A DNA stretch of 62,701 bases, the filler included, from Choristocarpus tenellus KU-1152 (taxonomy: Eukaryota; Protista; Phaeophyceae): the NCBI GenBank assembly GCA_964200185.2. It is 8 parts of 8 records of this genome, joined end to end, with 100 filler letters (N's around TTAATTAATTAA, not from the genome) between each part and the next. Parts side by side here need not be neighbours in the genome. Positions count along the whole stretch, not along the records: positions 1 to 3,924 come from CAXNAD020017121.1; positions 4,025 to 6,756 come from CAXNAD020025235.1; positions 6,857 to 13,800 come from CAXNAD020007002.1; 5 more parts are not named here. One strand, written 5' to 3'. Made by a program: the position numbers and the translations under genes. Shown in pieces: positions 1 to 11,700 of the stretch. Within the stretch, counting starts at the first letter, position 1. Every line of letters begins with the position of its first letter. Under the pieces are notes generated by a model, which saw only the letters and a program-made list of their open reading frames with translations, searched no databases and was not told where the DNA came from.

Positions 1-24
1 CCCCCCAAGATACTTTGACCCCCT

Positions 25-470
25 TTGCAGCACATCGTGCATGACATTCTTCAACTCATCCCACTCAAGGAGGTTTCCTCTAAGTTTGACGAATCGTGGA
101 AGCCCTGAGTGTTCTGTAGCGTATTGGTCAGCAAGTAAGTCAAGATTCTCTTCATCAAAGTCACTAGCATTTTCCTTCGATCACGGAAAACCCTGGGGCT
201 TGACCATTGACGTTGCACTGAGGATCTTGACCGTGCCCAACCTCACTGAAGCAATCGTTGAGTTGTTGCACGGAATGCTGGGTCACCTTCTCCAAAGTCC
301 TACCACCATGCCTTGAATCCAGCATCAGTGCTGAAGATACATCTACCCATGTTTTTACAATAGTTACATATCATAGGGTTCAGTGCGAGGGCCTTGAGAA
401 ATTTGTCCTCTCATGCATTACCTAAGGTGTTCACAAGTTTGATGAAGCGGAACCCCTGAAATAGTCAAGG
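25..470 (-). mobile_element. Possible degenerate hAT-like transposase remnant
   Basis: Minus strand reads, with stops and shifts, ...VQQLNDCFSE...KPQGFP*...DFDEENLDLLADQY...LLEWDELR, reminiscent of the hAT C-terminal region. Recognised by eye only. Confidence 0.3.
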
Positions 471-2644
471 AGGTGTGGGAGGGACACATAAATATTGGTA
501 ATCAAAATATGTTATAGTTACAAAGTATTGCCATCTTGAAATAATGTTTGACCACGCCTCGACTGGCAATGACACACTCACTCCCTGAACGTTTATGGGA
601 GGACCACAACAATGCTTCAGATATCAGACCAATGAGGAGTAATAGAAAACACTTAAAATTACGTGTAGGCATGCACAGCTTACAAAGAGGGACGGCTAAC
701 AGCCAATGGTTGCCAATTGAACATATTCTATTGTTGTATACTCAACCCCCAACAAATCTGAATACTACGTAAAAAACTACACAAAAACAGGATGGAAAAC
801 GAAACTTCGGCAATTGTTACTTTCCCCCTTATCTTCAATGTCCAACGACAAGGGGTACACCAGTCAAAGGTGGCGACTGAGCAGAAGCTACAACAATGTC
901 CTTCTCCTGACGTTACTTCGTTGGAGCTTGAAGCAACTTTACTGCCTCCTCCGAATTCGCCTTCGCTACTACTTCCAATTCTTCTCCCCCTCAAGCAAGC
1001 ATGTTGGCCAACTCTGTCTTGTTTGCGTTTCCTCTGGCTCCCCTGCTTCGAGTTCCACCTCTACTTCCTCTTCCACAGCCCCCTTGTGCAAGGCGAACCC
1101 ACCAGCCTGCCCCGTGCAGTTTGTTTTCCCTTCCCTTTCATCCTGCGCACGTATCAGTATAATTCCCTATAGAAGAAGAGCTACCTACCCCTGTCAAGGA
1201 AGGCCTACGTGGTGTTGCACGCCAGGTGGAAGTGTAAATCAGACTGGAGGAAGAATGTGCACGAGGAAGAAGGTTCTGCACAAAGAAAAACAGTTTTTTA
1301 TAGTCAATCCTTCTTTAGCATGTTGGTTGTGTCGTAAGGATGTGGAACAATCAAGAAAACAAAAAATAGAAAGGAAATTTCGGTCAAAATCCCAAAATCA
1401 CAATTTTCACTTCAGATATTGTGGCATTGTCGACCTCAAAATGCCAAATTCTCAGATTCGCCTAAAATTCGCGATGACAAACAACATTACAACAGGCTCC
1501 AAATAAACAGATAGGAAGTTGTAGTGGTGCGTGCCATAACTATCCTTGGACTCTGGCAAAGTGAACGGGAGTGTAGAAACCAAGATAAAATAAATCGTAA
1601 AGATCTGAGATAATCTGAGATTTTCGTCGTCGACAAAGCCTCGGCATGGAATAATCGCGCGTTGCCACTTACGGTGAGCTACACCTGTCTCCACAATAGA
1701 GGTATGTACCCCGGACGACTCAGCACCTCTATGGTGTTATGGTCTGGAGGCTGGCCTGGACCTGAACTCCTCTACACTTAGCACGTTTCCCCTTCAGTGT
1801 TTTAGAGGTTAAACACCCTCCACAAGACAAGATCGAACCCCCACATGTAGAGCTTTTCCACACGTAGCATCTTTCCACATCCCCCTTACAAAAAAACGTC
1901 CTGCCCTTCAAATGTTAGGTAGTGGTGCACCTACCTAACATGCAGCCGGGTCGCATTGCCTCTTGCCTATTGGCTCACCACCTACCCTTCAATATATTAT
2001 GAACTGCCCTGGTCGGGTGCTGGGTCCTTGTTCCTGGATCCTGGGTAGTGGGTGCTGGTCACTAACTTTGTGGCACCTCCAACCACCACCCAGCTGTTAT
2101 TGCTGGTTTCTGATAAGCAGAGAAAAAATCGATAGAAAATATTTTTTCGTCGCTGACACCGGCTTCAATCGGCGTAAAGAAATGGTTGACCCGACAATTT
2201 CTTACCATATTTCTTTCCCTGCATCTTACCTACGTTGATTGACCCTACAGCAGAGAAAAAAATGCATCATGTTTCAACAGCCCAGTGGGTTAGTGGAACA
2301 CTATTATTTATGAAGAGGATCATTTATATAGTGTCCAACATTAGTGGAAACAGATTTCCCTGGTTGTGAGTTGAGGAAAACATAACGACAGAAGCCTTTT
2401 GTGTTACCCAAATAATTTACTAAAAACAACAAAAGCACGGAGAGAAAAATGATATTTAACTGTCTTCTACGTAGCTCAGTCAATCTGACTGGATGGATGC
2501 AGCTCAGCATGAGTAACATCCAGATGATAGGTTTGTTAAGGTCATTTACTGTTGGAGAGGAAAGTGTAGGGGATGAAAATTTCACCATCTCACACAATAT
2601 ACATGCCTCCAGAGGCAACGTAATTGAAAGGCAGCATGATTGCA

Positions 2645-2815
2645 GACCCAAAGTATCTGGGGGGGGGGGGTCTACACCAGAGTGTCCATTTGGACTAAAC
2701 CAGGAAGAGTGCACTTTCATTATCCATCCAACATATAGAACCAAATTATCAAAAAATCGCGACATAGAATTGGTCCCAAATGAACAGCCGCCACCCCGCA
2801 CAGATACTTTGAGCC
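2645..2815 (+). mobile_element. Non-autonomous inverted-repeat element, subfamily A (about 171 bp)
   Basis: GACCC-AAAGTATCTG(G)n ... CAGATACTTT-GAGCC; internal GTCCATTTGG / CCAAATG motifs; clearly homologous to 12308-12482 and 21564-21742; flanked by TGCA on both sides. Confidence 0.85.
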
Positions 2816-3387
2816 TGCATTTCAAGGATCCCGAGAAATGACAAAAAATATCATATTGTGCAACTGGGGAAATGAACCTTCGCTAAATTGCCATGTCATT
2901 TTGTGTGTGGAAAGGGAGAACGTCGATTTTGTACACTATTTGTCCACACAAATGCAATAAATGAAGGTTGTATAGGGTAGCAAAGATAGCCTTCCTGTCG
3001 TATGTAATGCTTCAGACACGAACCTCCATAGACACTACCCTCTTACCCTCTTTTGTGTGTGTGTGTGTGTGTTTTATCGAACTTTTCCTCGTCTATTTAT
3101 TTTCGAACCATTTCATTCAAAACCTTTCCTGTCACTTTTCCCGACTTTTCCCGATTTAGTGGGACCTTTTTTTTCTGGACGACCTTTTTTCCCATTCTTT
3201 GGTGTAATTCCTTGAACGACATCCTCATGTCATCCAAATTACGAATTAGATGACAGGATGTACCTTCCAAAAGTATATTTTGTTTAGGACGATTGTCTGG
3301 AAATCCTGCTTTCTGGCTGTTTAAGAGGGACCTCATTGTAGTGAGAACAATGAGTCCAAACAAAGGGGCAAAGATTTCCATACTGTT

Positions 3388-3444
3388 AACCCAAAGCATC
3401 TTGGGGGCGGGGGAAGGGTCTAGCCCAGAGTGTCCATTTGGGCC
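3388..3444 (+). mobile_element. Left end of a related inverted-repeat element (diverged)
   Basis: AACCC-AAAGCATCTTGGGGG...CCAGAGTGTCCATTTGGGCC; same subterminal motif as subfamily A and 51465-51521. Confidence 0.6.
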
Positions 3445-3902
3445 TTCACCAGGTGTTGCAAAAATGGTCGATTTGCGTGTGTTCTGGTGTCGAGGGTTGG
3501 TCCTGTTTTGATAAAATGGGGAATATCCGGATGTGTCCTTAGCGCTTAGATTTGTGTGGGCTGTGTTATGATGTTGCTAAAGTTACCTGTTTGTATATTT
3601 TTCGAGTCGAGGATTGGTGTTATTTTGATGAGGTGTGGAGTAGGGGTTACTTCTTTTATCTTTTTCGCCTTGAGATTTGAACGGTGTGTTAATAAGTACG
3701 GGAGAGTATGTCAGCTGTAGCGGTTTTGGCTACCTGTCGGTCAATGACCTTGGTGTTTAAGGTCGTGAAGGAGAAGACCTGTGCGTTGTACGCACTAGGA
3801 CATGCCCATGGATTAATTATTTTTCAGGTAGATTCGCGTTTGTATTGAGGAATAGAATATGTCCCTTACGAACCTCACTTTCCAGGGGAGGTTGGTGATG
3901 TT

Positions 3903-3924
3903 GACCCAAAGTATCTAGGGGGGG
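3903..3924 (+). mobile_element. Element end truncated by contig break; similar ends at 1-21, 6901-6940, 13953-13982, 17030-17056, 51465-51521, 56469-56503
   Basis: GACCCAAAGTATCT + G-run at contig 3' ends; C-run + AGATACTTTGACCC/GAGTC at contig 5' starts. Confidence 0.8.
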
Positions 3925-4024
3925 NNNNNNNNNNNNNNNNNNNNNNNNNNNNNNNNNNNNNNNNNNNNTTAATTAATTAANNNNNNNNNNNNNNNNNNNN
4001 NNNNNNNNNNNNNNNNNNNNNNNN
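3925..4024. other. Artificial contig linker (44 N + TTAATTAATTAA + 44 N); identical linkers at 6757-6856, 13801-13900, 17057-17156, 21754-21853, 51522-51621, 56369-56468
   Basis: Seven identical 100-nt N blocks with a central six-frame stop palindrome. Confidence 0.98.
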
Positions 4025-4136
4025 GATAATTGAGTTTTTTTTTTTTTCACCCCTTGTGTTTTCAGGCTCTGTACATTTAATGAGGGTGGGGTGACGCGGA
4101 GTCCCGTGCATGTCCCGTGCATGTCCTGTGCTGTTC

Positions 4137-4167
4137 AGATTTGATTTGATTTGATTTGATTTGATTT
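4137..4167. repeat. (GATTT)n microsatellite
   Basis: About 6 perfect units. Confidence 0.9.
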
Positions 4168-4258
4168 GGCCATCCCTGCTATGCAGACCGTATCCTATTC
4201 GAGGTCTTGCCCTCCTCTTGCATTCAAGTGCTTGCATTTTGTTTTCTTGTTTGAGAAG

Positions 4259-4991
4259 GAATGGGAGGAAAACTGGAATAGAAGGGGCACTGGAGTATGA
4301 GGAAAGTGGATACAACTTTCCTGCCAACTCTGGGCTTGTGCTTGCCCTAGTCTGTGCGACAAGCCCAGTTGTGTGACTTTCTTAGTTGAAGTGTGTGACT
4401 TTCAACCACAAGCGATACAACATGTTGTTCTCTCTCTCTTTCTCTCTCTCCCATCAAACCCTGCCCTGGCGATGCCCCTCTCTCCCCTCTCCCCTCTCCC
4501 CTTTCCCTTCCCCCCCTCCTACCCCCTCCCCTCTTCAGATTTCTCTTCAGCGTTTTCTGCTTCGAGCTGGGGTACACGATGCTCACTTTGCCCTGGCGGA
4601 GGCTCTGTTGGGAGCTCTTGAACACATGGGAGAGAGTGAGGGATTGAAAACAAAGATGGTACCGGGAGGGCATCCAGGTGGGAAGGTGGAAGGGTGTGTG
4701 TGTGTGTGTGTGTGTGTGGATAGAGAGGATTCATTTACTTATTTCTTGTCACTTTGAAGAATTGTTCTTCTTTGGTATGTAGTCTGTTTGTACTTTATGT
4801 TATAGAGAGTGCTTATGTTTGTATTGGTGGTGTGATAGAACATTCTGAATTGGAAATTTCATATTGTGTTCCTGTCATCCCATCTTCCCCTCCTCTCCAC
4901 CTCTCCGTACTCTCTCCTTCTCCCCCCATTGTCCCTTCTGTCCTTGATAACCCTTGTTCACAACCCTACTTACACCGCCCTAACCCTAAAT

Positions 4992-5058
<67 letters not shown>

Positions 5059-6271
5059 CTTCCCTTCTTTCTACCCCCTCCTCCCCCCCCCCCCCTCCCC
5101 CCCCCCCCCCCCCCCTCCCCCCCCCCCCCCCCCCTCCCTGTCCTATCCTGTCCCTTTTCCCTCTCTTATTTTCATACGTTTGAACAAACAAGACCCATTG
5201 CAACAAAAGGATCTTGGTTTGGAGACTGGTGGGGGACTAGGGTCAGTAGCAGGCGCTACAACAACAGGGACAGAAGGGGTCAGCATTCTGAAGTCCTTGT
5301 TTGCTGAGGTGTCGATGACCTCAGGGGAAGTTCTAGCAGAATTCTCCCCATTGCCTGCGTCTGTCACAGTGGCCGGCATAGGGGGGGTGGGGTTGCCTCT
5401 GACTCCAAGGGGTGTGAGGTGGGTTTTGGGGTTGGTTAGGGTTTGTTAGGTTAGGGTTAGGGTTCAATATGTGTTGTTTTTAATGTCCTCAATATTAATG
5501 TGGAGTTAGGTTTAGGGTTAATTTGTGTTTTTGAAACGTCCAGAGCATTTGCATGATATTCTTGATTTTTTTTGCCTCCTGTATAATTGATAAAATAAAT
5601 ATAATACTTGGCATGAGATTTTGGTTAGGTGCTCCATCTGCACAGTTTTTCTTGTGCTAGGATGGTTTAGGTATGATGGTGGATGTTTAGGTATGATAGC
5701 GGATGCGTAGCTCTGCACCTTGATTGTAGAGCTTTCAAAAGTAGCTCGTGATCCATGCATGCAGTAGTGGTATGAGATTGTGCAGTTCATGAAAATGGTC
5801 AAGGTCAGGGTTGGGGCCTTGAGTAGACGAAGGGATTTGTGTGTGTTTGTGTGTGTGTGTGTGTGCATGCCATACAGTATTTACCTTTTGTTGTCAAATT
5901 AGCATCATAGTTTTGCCAAGACCAGACCGAATAGCCCTGCTTGAAAACTTAATGATCGAGTCAGTGCCAGTGTTAAGATTGGAGCTGGGGATAAGAGTAT
6001 GCCAAATGTTCTTCTGTTCTTTGTACCTTGCACTTTTATCTATTGCTGTGTGGAACAACATCATGTGTTCAGTACCTCCCCCCCCCCCCCCCTCCCGACA
6101 CTGCCTTGCAATTGCCCCCTGTCACACCATTTTCTGAAGTGAATCACCTGAGCAGCTTCTGGTGAGGTCCACCATTTCTCTTCTTTTTGGGCTGTCCCCG
6201 AGGGCCATACGACTGCATCGGGGTCTACTGTCTCTTGGAGACAATGTGCTCGCCTTCAATAAGTCTCTGGG
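4259..6271 (+). CDS. Multi-exon fragment of a protein of unknown function (partial, likely cut by contig ends)
   Basis: Exons 4259-4370, 4539-4677, 5193-5418, 5921-5996 and 6156-~6271 have AG/GT borders and mutually compatible phases. They read ...EYEESGYNFPANSGLVLALVCATSPV|ISLQRFLLRAGVHDAHFALAEALLGALEHM...|...|RPDRIALLENLMIESVPVLRLELGIR|LLVRSTISLLFGL... Confidence 0.55.
4993..5135. repeat. Poly-C / pyrimidine tract (intronic); another at 6710-6748
   Basis: Long C homopolymers; generate spurious poly-Pro and poly-Gly ORFs. Confidence 0.9.
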
Positions 6272-6567
6272 GTGGGTTTTTTCTGTGTGCTTTGGGGTGC
6301 TCTGGATTGCATAACACGTTATGATTTATGACTACAGGACGATTTTTCCTGTTAGGGTTAGGGTTTCTCTTGATTATGCTGGCACATAGGGTTGGGGTGA
6401 GGGTGAGGGTCGGGACAGCCTCCGTGCCGGTGACTTCACCACCTCTTGCATAGTTGATCATATTTAGCATTTTGTAGGTAGGACTTTCCAACCTCAATTT
6501 TTCAATCATCATTTGGTGGCATTTGAAATGATAGTCACGTTTGAAGTAAAGTAAAAATGAGAAGTAC

Positions 6568-6653
6568 GGTATGTATACTGTTGTATGTATATTGTTGTAT
6601 GTATGTTGTTGTATGTATATTGTTGTATGTATATTGTTGTATGTATATTGTTG
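6568..6653. repeat. 14-bp tandem repeat (TGTTGTATGTATAT)n
   Basis: About 6 near-perfect units. Confidence 0.85.
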
Positions 6654-6716
6654 AGACTGTGTGGTAATTACTTTGTCCCAGAATTTGTTTTGTATTTTCC
6701 CTTCAACTTCCCCCCC

Positions 6717-6749
<33 letters not shown>

Positions 6750-7735
6750 TTACCAANNNNNNNNNNNNNNNNNNNNNNNNNNNNNNNNNNNNNNNNNNNN
6801 TTAATTAATTAANNNNNNNNNNNNNNNNNNNNNNNNNNNNNNNNNNNNNNNNNNNNCAATAAAAACCAACAAAACAAATTAAAACCAAAAAGAGGGTGAA
6901 AAACGGACGCCGACACCCCCCCCCGCAGATACTTTGACCCGCGAGCTGGTGACAATTCGGAGCTTTCCTGCTTTCCGCTCAGTTGGGAATTGGGTCATCA
7001 GTCAAGCAGTATGGCGCCATGGATTGATCACAAATAGCACAGTAATTCCACACATACCATCAACAGTTCATTTCATGATTGATCACACTGTACCAGGAAC
7101 ACGTCAACACGAAAACACACAAGAAGTTCGTAAGAAGCAAAGACTGTACCTGAGATGATGTTGGGCAATTGAACTAGAACAAAACAGTACAGGAGTGTAC
7201 TATGCAGCAGATGCCCTCTGAGAGTAAGGTCAACACAATCTCATTTGGAACAGCCCTCACAAGAAATTCCAATCTCGTAATCAGCACGTAAAGCACACCA
7301 AGCTTTCATACTTTGGATAGCCTTGCACAAAGTATTAAAAAATCAGTACGTTATTTTGATCAGAAAAACAACACATTTATTCTGCTGCATATCTACACAA
7401 CTACAAGTACAAACTTAGAAAAATATATGTATCTACCAATAACAATACAAAGTCAATAAATTTCACAATCAATGAATGGACGTTCATATTTCCAATATTT
7501 TGAACAAAGAGTAAGAAATTTCGACTCATTACAATTTTCATCACTCCTCACACACAAGGACTCATCAGCCCAACCTAAAAAACCACAACTCAAAAGCTTG
7601 GGTTTCACATTGAAATCTTTAAGTAAAAGTATCTCGAACGGACTGGTACAAACCTTCAAATAAACAGTATCTAGGACTATCAATGCACCAACAAACAACA
7701 CATCTGACAAACTGACATGCATGTTTTCATTTTCT

Positions 7736-8734
7736 TCAAACAAAGTACACAGACTTAAGCTTCTTGAACTTTTCCTTACTCCTCACATACAGTGCCTCAT
7801 CAGCCCAATCCTCGAAGCCATGATTTACAAGCACGTCCGTCCAGTTGCGACCAGCCTGGGGGCTCGGTCTCACATTCGTGAGGGTACTTCCTGTGAAATT
7901 TCCCCCATACATTGCCTCAAACAGGCAAACACTTTCTTCCCAGTAGTCCGTCATCCCCACAAAGGCAGCTCTATCTAAGATCTTAAGCGCCATTAGGGCC
8001 TGCCTTTTTTCTCCAGTCTTGGACTTACGCCTTCTCCCTGGAGTCAAGCCGCAATGTTCACCGGTGAGCATTCTAGCTGCACATCCCCTCACACACTTTG
8101 CATACTCCAGAATCACAGAGTCTTTGTCCATGGCAGCATCTCTTCTAGGTCCGTTCTCCATGACGCCATACTTCTCTTGCATTCCAATGCAGTCATGAAA
8201 GTTGTGCAGGTAGCCCGACACGATCCTTGTCAAAGGCGGACGCAGCATGAGAACAACGTGCCCAGCCTGACCTCTCCGGGCTTTCAACGTGAGGGGTTCA
8301 TGGCCATTTCTGAAGCGAGAAAATTTGCCTGGACACAAATCCTTCACAATTTTATTTTTCTGACTTCGCACCAGATCCTTTTCTTTTATGGGATTGCTCA
8401 TCTCTGCCAACAGTGGGCAAGCATACTCGGCAATGGAAATCTCAAATGACGTTCCGCACTTGGGAATGTGCAGGAAAAATACTGGCTTTCGCCCTATAGG
8501 ATGCGGAGCATTTGGAGACCTTGTGAAAAGCGTTGAACATGCTCCTCGTCTATCTTTGTCCTTTCCCTTTGGAGTAGCGTGACATTGTGCTGCAAGGCAG
8601 AAGAGGCACACCAGACACGGCACCAACAATGTCAACAACATCCCCTCAAATTTGTCCTTCGCAAGAGGCACACGGCACAAAACATACAAACAGAACAGGG
8701 CTTGGTGTTGGAAGTTGTTTTGACACAGGAGCAT
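7736..8734 (-). CDS. Carbohydrate sulfotransferase (Sulfotransfer_2 / Gal3ST / HS6ST-like), single coding exon, secretory pathway
   Basis: 332-aa ORF with 5'-PSB motif FFLHIPKCGTSF, 3'-PB motif LMLRPPLTRIVSGY, FVGMTDYWEESVCLF and C-terminal DEALY. Signal or anchor MLLTLLVPCLVCLFCLAAQCHA from ATG 8641, the probable true start. Confidence 0.88.
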   Translation of the reverse strand: MLLCQNNFQHQALFCLYVLCRVPLAKDKFEGMLLTLLVPCLVCLFCLAAQCHATPKGKDKDRRGACSTLFTRSPNAPHPIGRKPVFFLHIPKCGTSFEISIAEYACPLLAEMSNPIKEKDLVRSQKNKIVKDLCPGKFSRFRNGHEPLTLKARRGQAGHVVLMLRPPLTRIVSGYLHNFHDCIGMQEKYGVMENGPRRDAAMDKDSVILEYAKCVRGCAARMLTGEHCGLTPGRRRKSKTGEKRQALMALKILDRAAFVGMTDYWEESVCLFEAMYGGNFTGSTLTNVRPSPQAGRNWTDVLVNHGFEDWADEALYVRSKEKFKKLKSVYFV

Positions 8735-11700
8735 TTAAAAAAAATCAATAATTTGGATTATTTTTTTTTGTGTGAAATATGCGAGCTGCACGCTCAGTCT
8801 TGGAATTTCCTGACAGCAGCCCACAGAACTTGCAGCTTCATGCACCTTGATTCACCAGGGATCGTACTTCACAGTTCAAATTAGTTCATCAATATTTTTT
8901 AGCCAACTTGATTCAATCCTCAAAGGACTCAATAAATGCTTTGATTCACAGCATTACAAATAGGCCATTTTACTTTCACAGGTCCTGATATTGGTGGAAC
9001 ATCCTACATGCCTCAATATTTTCTTATCTTGTTACCATTTTTAAGAAACTCACACTACTCTCAAAGAGCAGTAACATGCGCCTTATCCCATATCCAGCAG
9101 CAGTCACCTGAAAACAATAGGTTACTTCATAAAGCCAACGTTTTGGGTGGTTTCCTAAATTTTCTGGTTATAGGGTTTTGAGAACCATCGTATCAGACCA
9201 TGTCAGAACATCAGCTTCCACACAAAAGAAAATATATAGACATTCCTGCATATACTATTTCTACAGAAGTATAGAGTCGATACTATTAATAGACATTAGC
9301 CCAAGTAGTCCTTTGGTTGGCATGGAGTCAGCAGGAACGCACAGGTACTGTTACACCATGGTAACATTTTAAAGTCTCAGTGATGCTGTGCCTGAGCAGG
9401 TTGCTGCCAGTAAGAAGCCCTACATGGACATCCTCCGAGGTATTTGATAAACACCATCTTGCACTGCCATTAGTCTCATGGAAGAACTTTGAAGCTGACC
9501 CACACATAAATAACTCATCAGAAAATAGATTCTCAGTAAAATCAAACCTCCACGTTCACTTCCAGTACTATGTAGAGTAAAGTTGACAATGACATTAAAG
9601 TATGTAAATATTTCTTGTCTCGGGTTTGAAGTACTACAACAGCTTGAGCAATTTCACACTACAAGTTCGGCCTCCGACGAAGTGAGGCAAAGCCATCCAC
9701 ATCAATTGTTACATCAATTGTTACCAAAATAGGTATGTGAAGAGTTCACAAACACAATTTCTGACTATCAAGTACTAGCACAACGTGTTAAGCGTTATTC
9801 ATGAAAGACTCGCCAAGATACATGCATGCGTTTGAAACTGCAAAAAAGTCATCATCGTTCAAGAATAGGGAGCATTACTGTGGCCCTTACTACAAAGTGA
9901 TCGATCAATAACACAAACAAAAAGGCCTATCACGATTTTCACCGGATGACTGGATCAATCAATGGATGGGTCTCCCAGTGGGAATGAAAAACAGACCAAA
10001 AACCGATATGCGTAGTTGAGATCCTGGGTTAGAAACACGAAGACATACAAGGGTTTGCAACAAGGTTGAAATGTAATGACAAAATTGAGGGCCTGTGAGA
10101 AGTTAGCACATGGAGCGGACAGTGGTTTGTATGCTATGCTCCACAACAATGAGATAGCAAAACACTGTCAGGCTCACCGTGGCTTAGATCACACTACACC
10201 TAACAAAAAACTTTTTTTGACACAATGGAATTACGTATGTGACCCACATTGCAGCAATCCAGATTGCGATGCCAACTCGGACAAAACCAAACCTATTAAT
10301 AACATCATGCCAAATGTTGGAAAAAGTCATTAGCACAGCACAACCCTGCACTATGCAGTACAGAGTCTGGTCCCATAACATTTTACAAGGCACTAGGGAG
10401 GACAGCAAGGAGTGGTCTGCAGGGCACTACGTACTTAAAGGTTAACAGCATTATGGCCAGTTTGGAAGTGGTAGAAGGAAGGTCAAAGCACGGTCAGAAC
10501 CCTCTCCAAGAAAAAGCAACCCATACCCTGCACAGCTGCCAACAGCAACAGACATATACTGTTTGTACAGAGATGTAGTAGAGTGGTCTACTTTTTGCAC
10601 AAAAGAGAGTAAGTCGTAAGCTGTACCATCTTTAGGCTGATGCAAAAGCACATGACCCACACAATTAGAACAAATGAACTACAGTTTCAAGGTGATGTGC
10701 TGTCCATCCAGCTAGCATTTGTAGGATATAATCTGGTCTCGAATAGGTAACAGCAGTAGCTTGAAAGGCCCAACAAAAATGGGACCAGCTCCATGCATTA
10801 GGTCATAACATCAAGAGTGTTGAATGAAAACCTAGGTATAACAATTGCCAGAGCACAAAAGGACCAGTGCAGTGCCTTTGTAATTTGACCAGGGAACTTG
10901 CAGTATGTTTGGTAGAATCTGCCCTCATAAGAACTTTGAACATAACTAAATACTCCCATGTGGTGTACGCCACACAAATCCGGGATAAGATTTGGCCAAT
11001 GAGCCGTCTGTACTACTTAGCAAGGTTAAACAAATTTTAGGACAAAAAAAGAAGCCTACATTGTGATACACTGTATTGTTAACTATATGTTGTGTGCGGT
11101 CTTACCATGACTCGGTCCACCTATGTGGCAAATGATACAAGGACAAGTCCAAGACTCCAAAATCATGAACCACATTGTGCAATGTTTCAACAGGAAAAAG
11201 TGATGCATCACTTTTGTGCTGCTTCTTGGGTTGCAAGTTGTATGGTAAACCAGTTAAATCACAAATAGGATTTCTTTGTTTTTTACATGCACTAAAAAAA
11301 ATGTATCTTGAGGGCTAGTTTCAAACCTGGATCTTTTAAAAAGTAAAGCACACTATTGCTTCACAAAGCCCAGGGGAACGCTCAGCCCAGCTTGCACTAT
11401 AAGGGTACAACTCAATGGGGGCTGAGGAGCAATGATTACTTCACAACAAAATAAATTCTTGACAATTAAATTTGGGATTTTCAACCACTGTGGTGCAAGG
11501 ACTGACTACCATAGACTGCACTGCAATAGAGTGGCATAATGTTGGGCTTCAGCCATGTTATCTGTACATCATTTATGCTCTGTATGTTTCATCGGTGATA
11601 AATGTCCACAGAAGAAAATAAAATGTACAGGTGCATAGCAAGGCCACGCTTTCCTTTATTCCCCTTCCCTTCAGTTCTAAAATAATAGTTGTTGAAGTAT

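Noticed and set aside
2304-2841. Overlapping 173-aa and 130-aa ORFs
   Set aside because: They run through the non-coding subfamily A element and have no recognisable motifs
3969-3980. Recurrent TTAATTAATTAA palindrome
   Set aside because: Always centred in 44 N + 44 N; an artificial scaffolding linker
4754-5449. 231-aa poly-proline (extensin/formin-like) ORF and antisense poly-Gly ORF
   Set aside because: Produced by an intronic poly-C tract; only 5193-5418 looks like a real exon
9700-11300. Possible decayed DNA-transposon coding sequence
   Set aside because: Only short broken ORFs; no motif I can name with confidence
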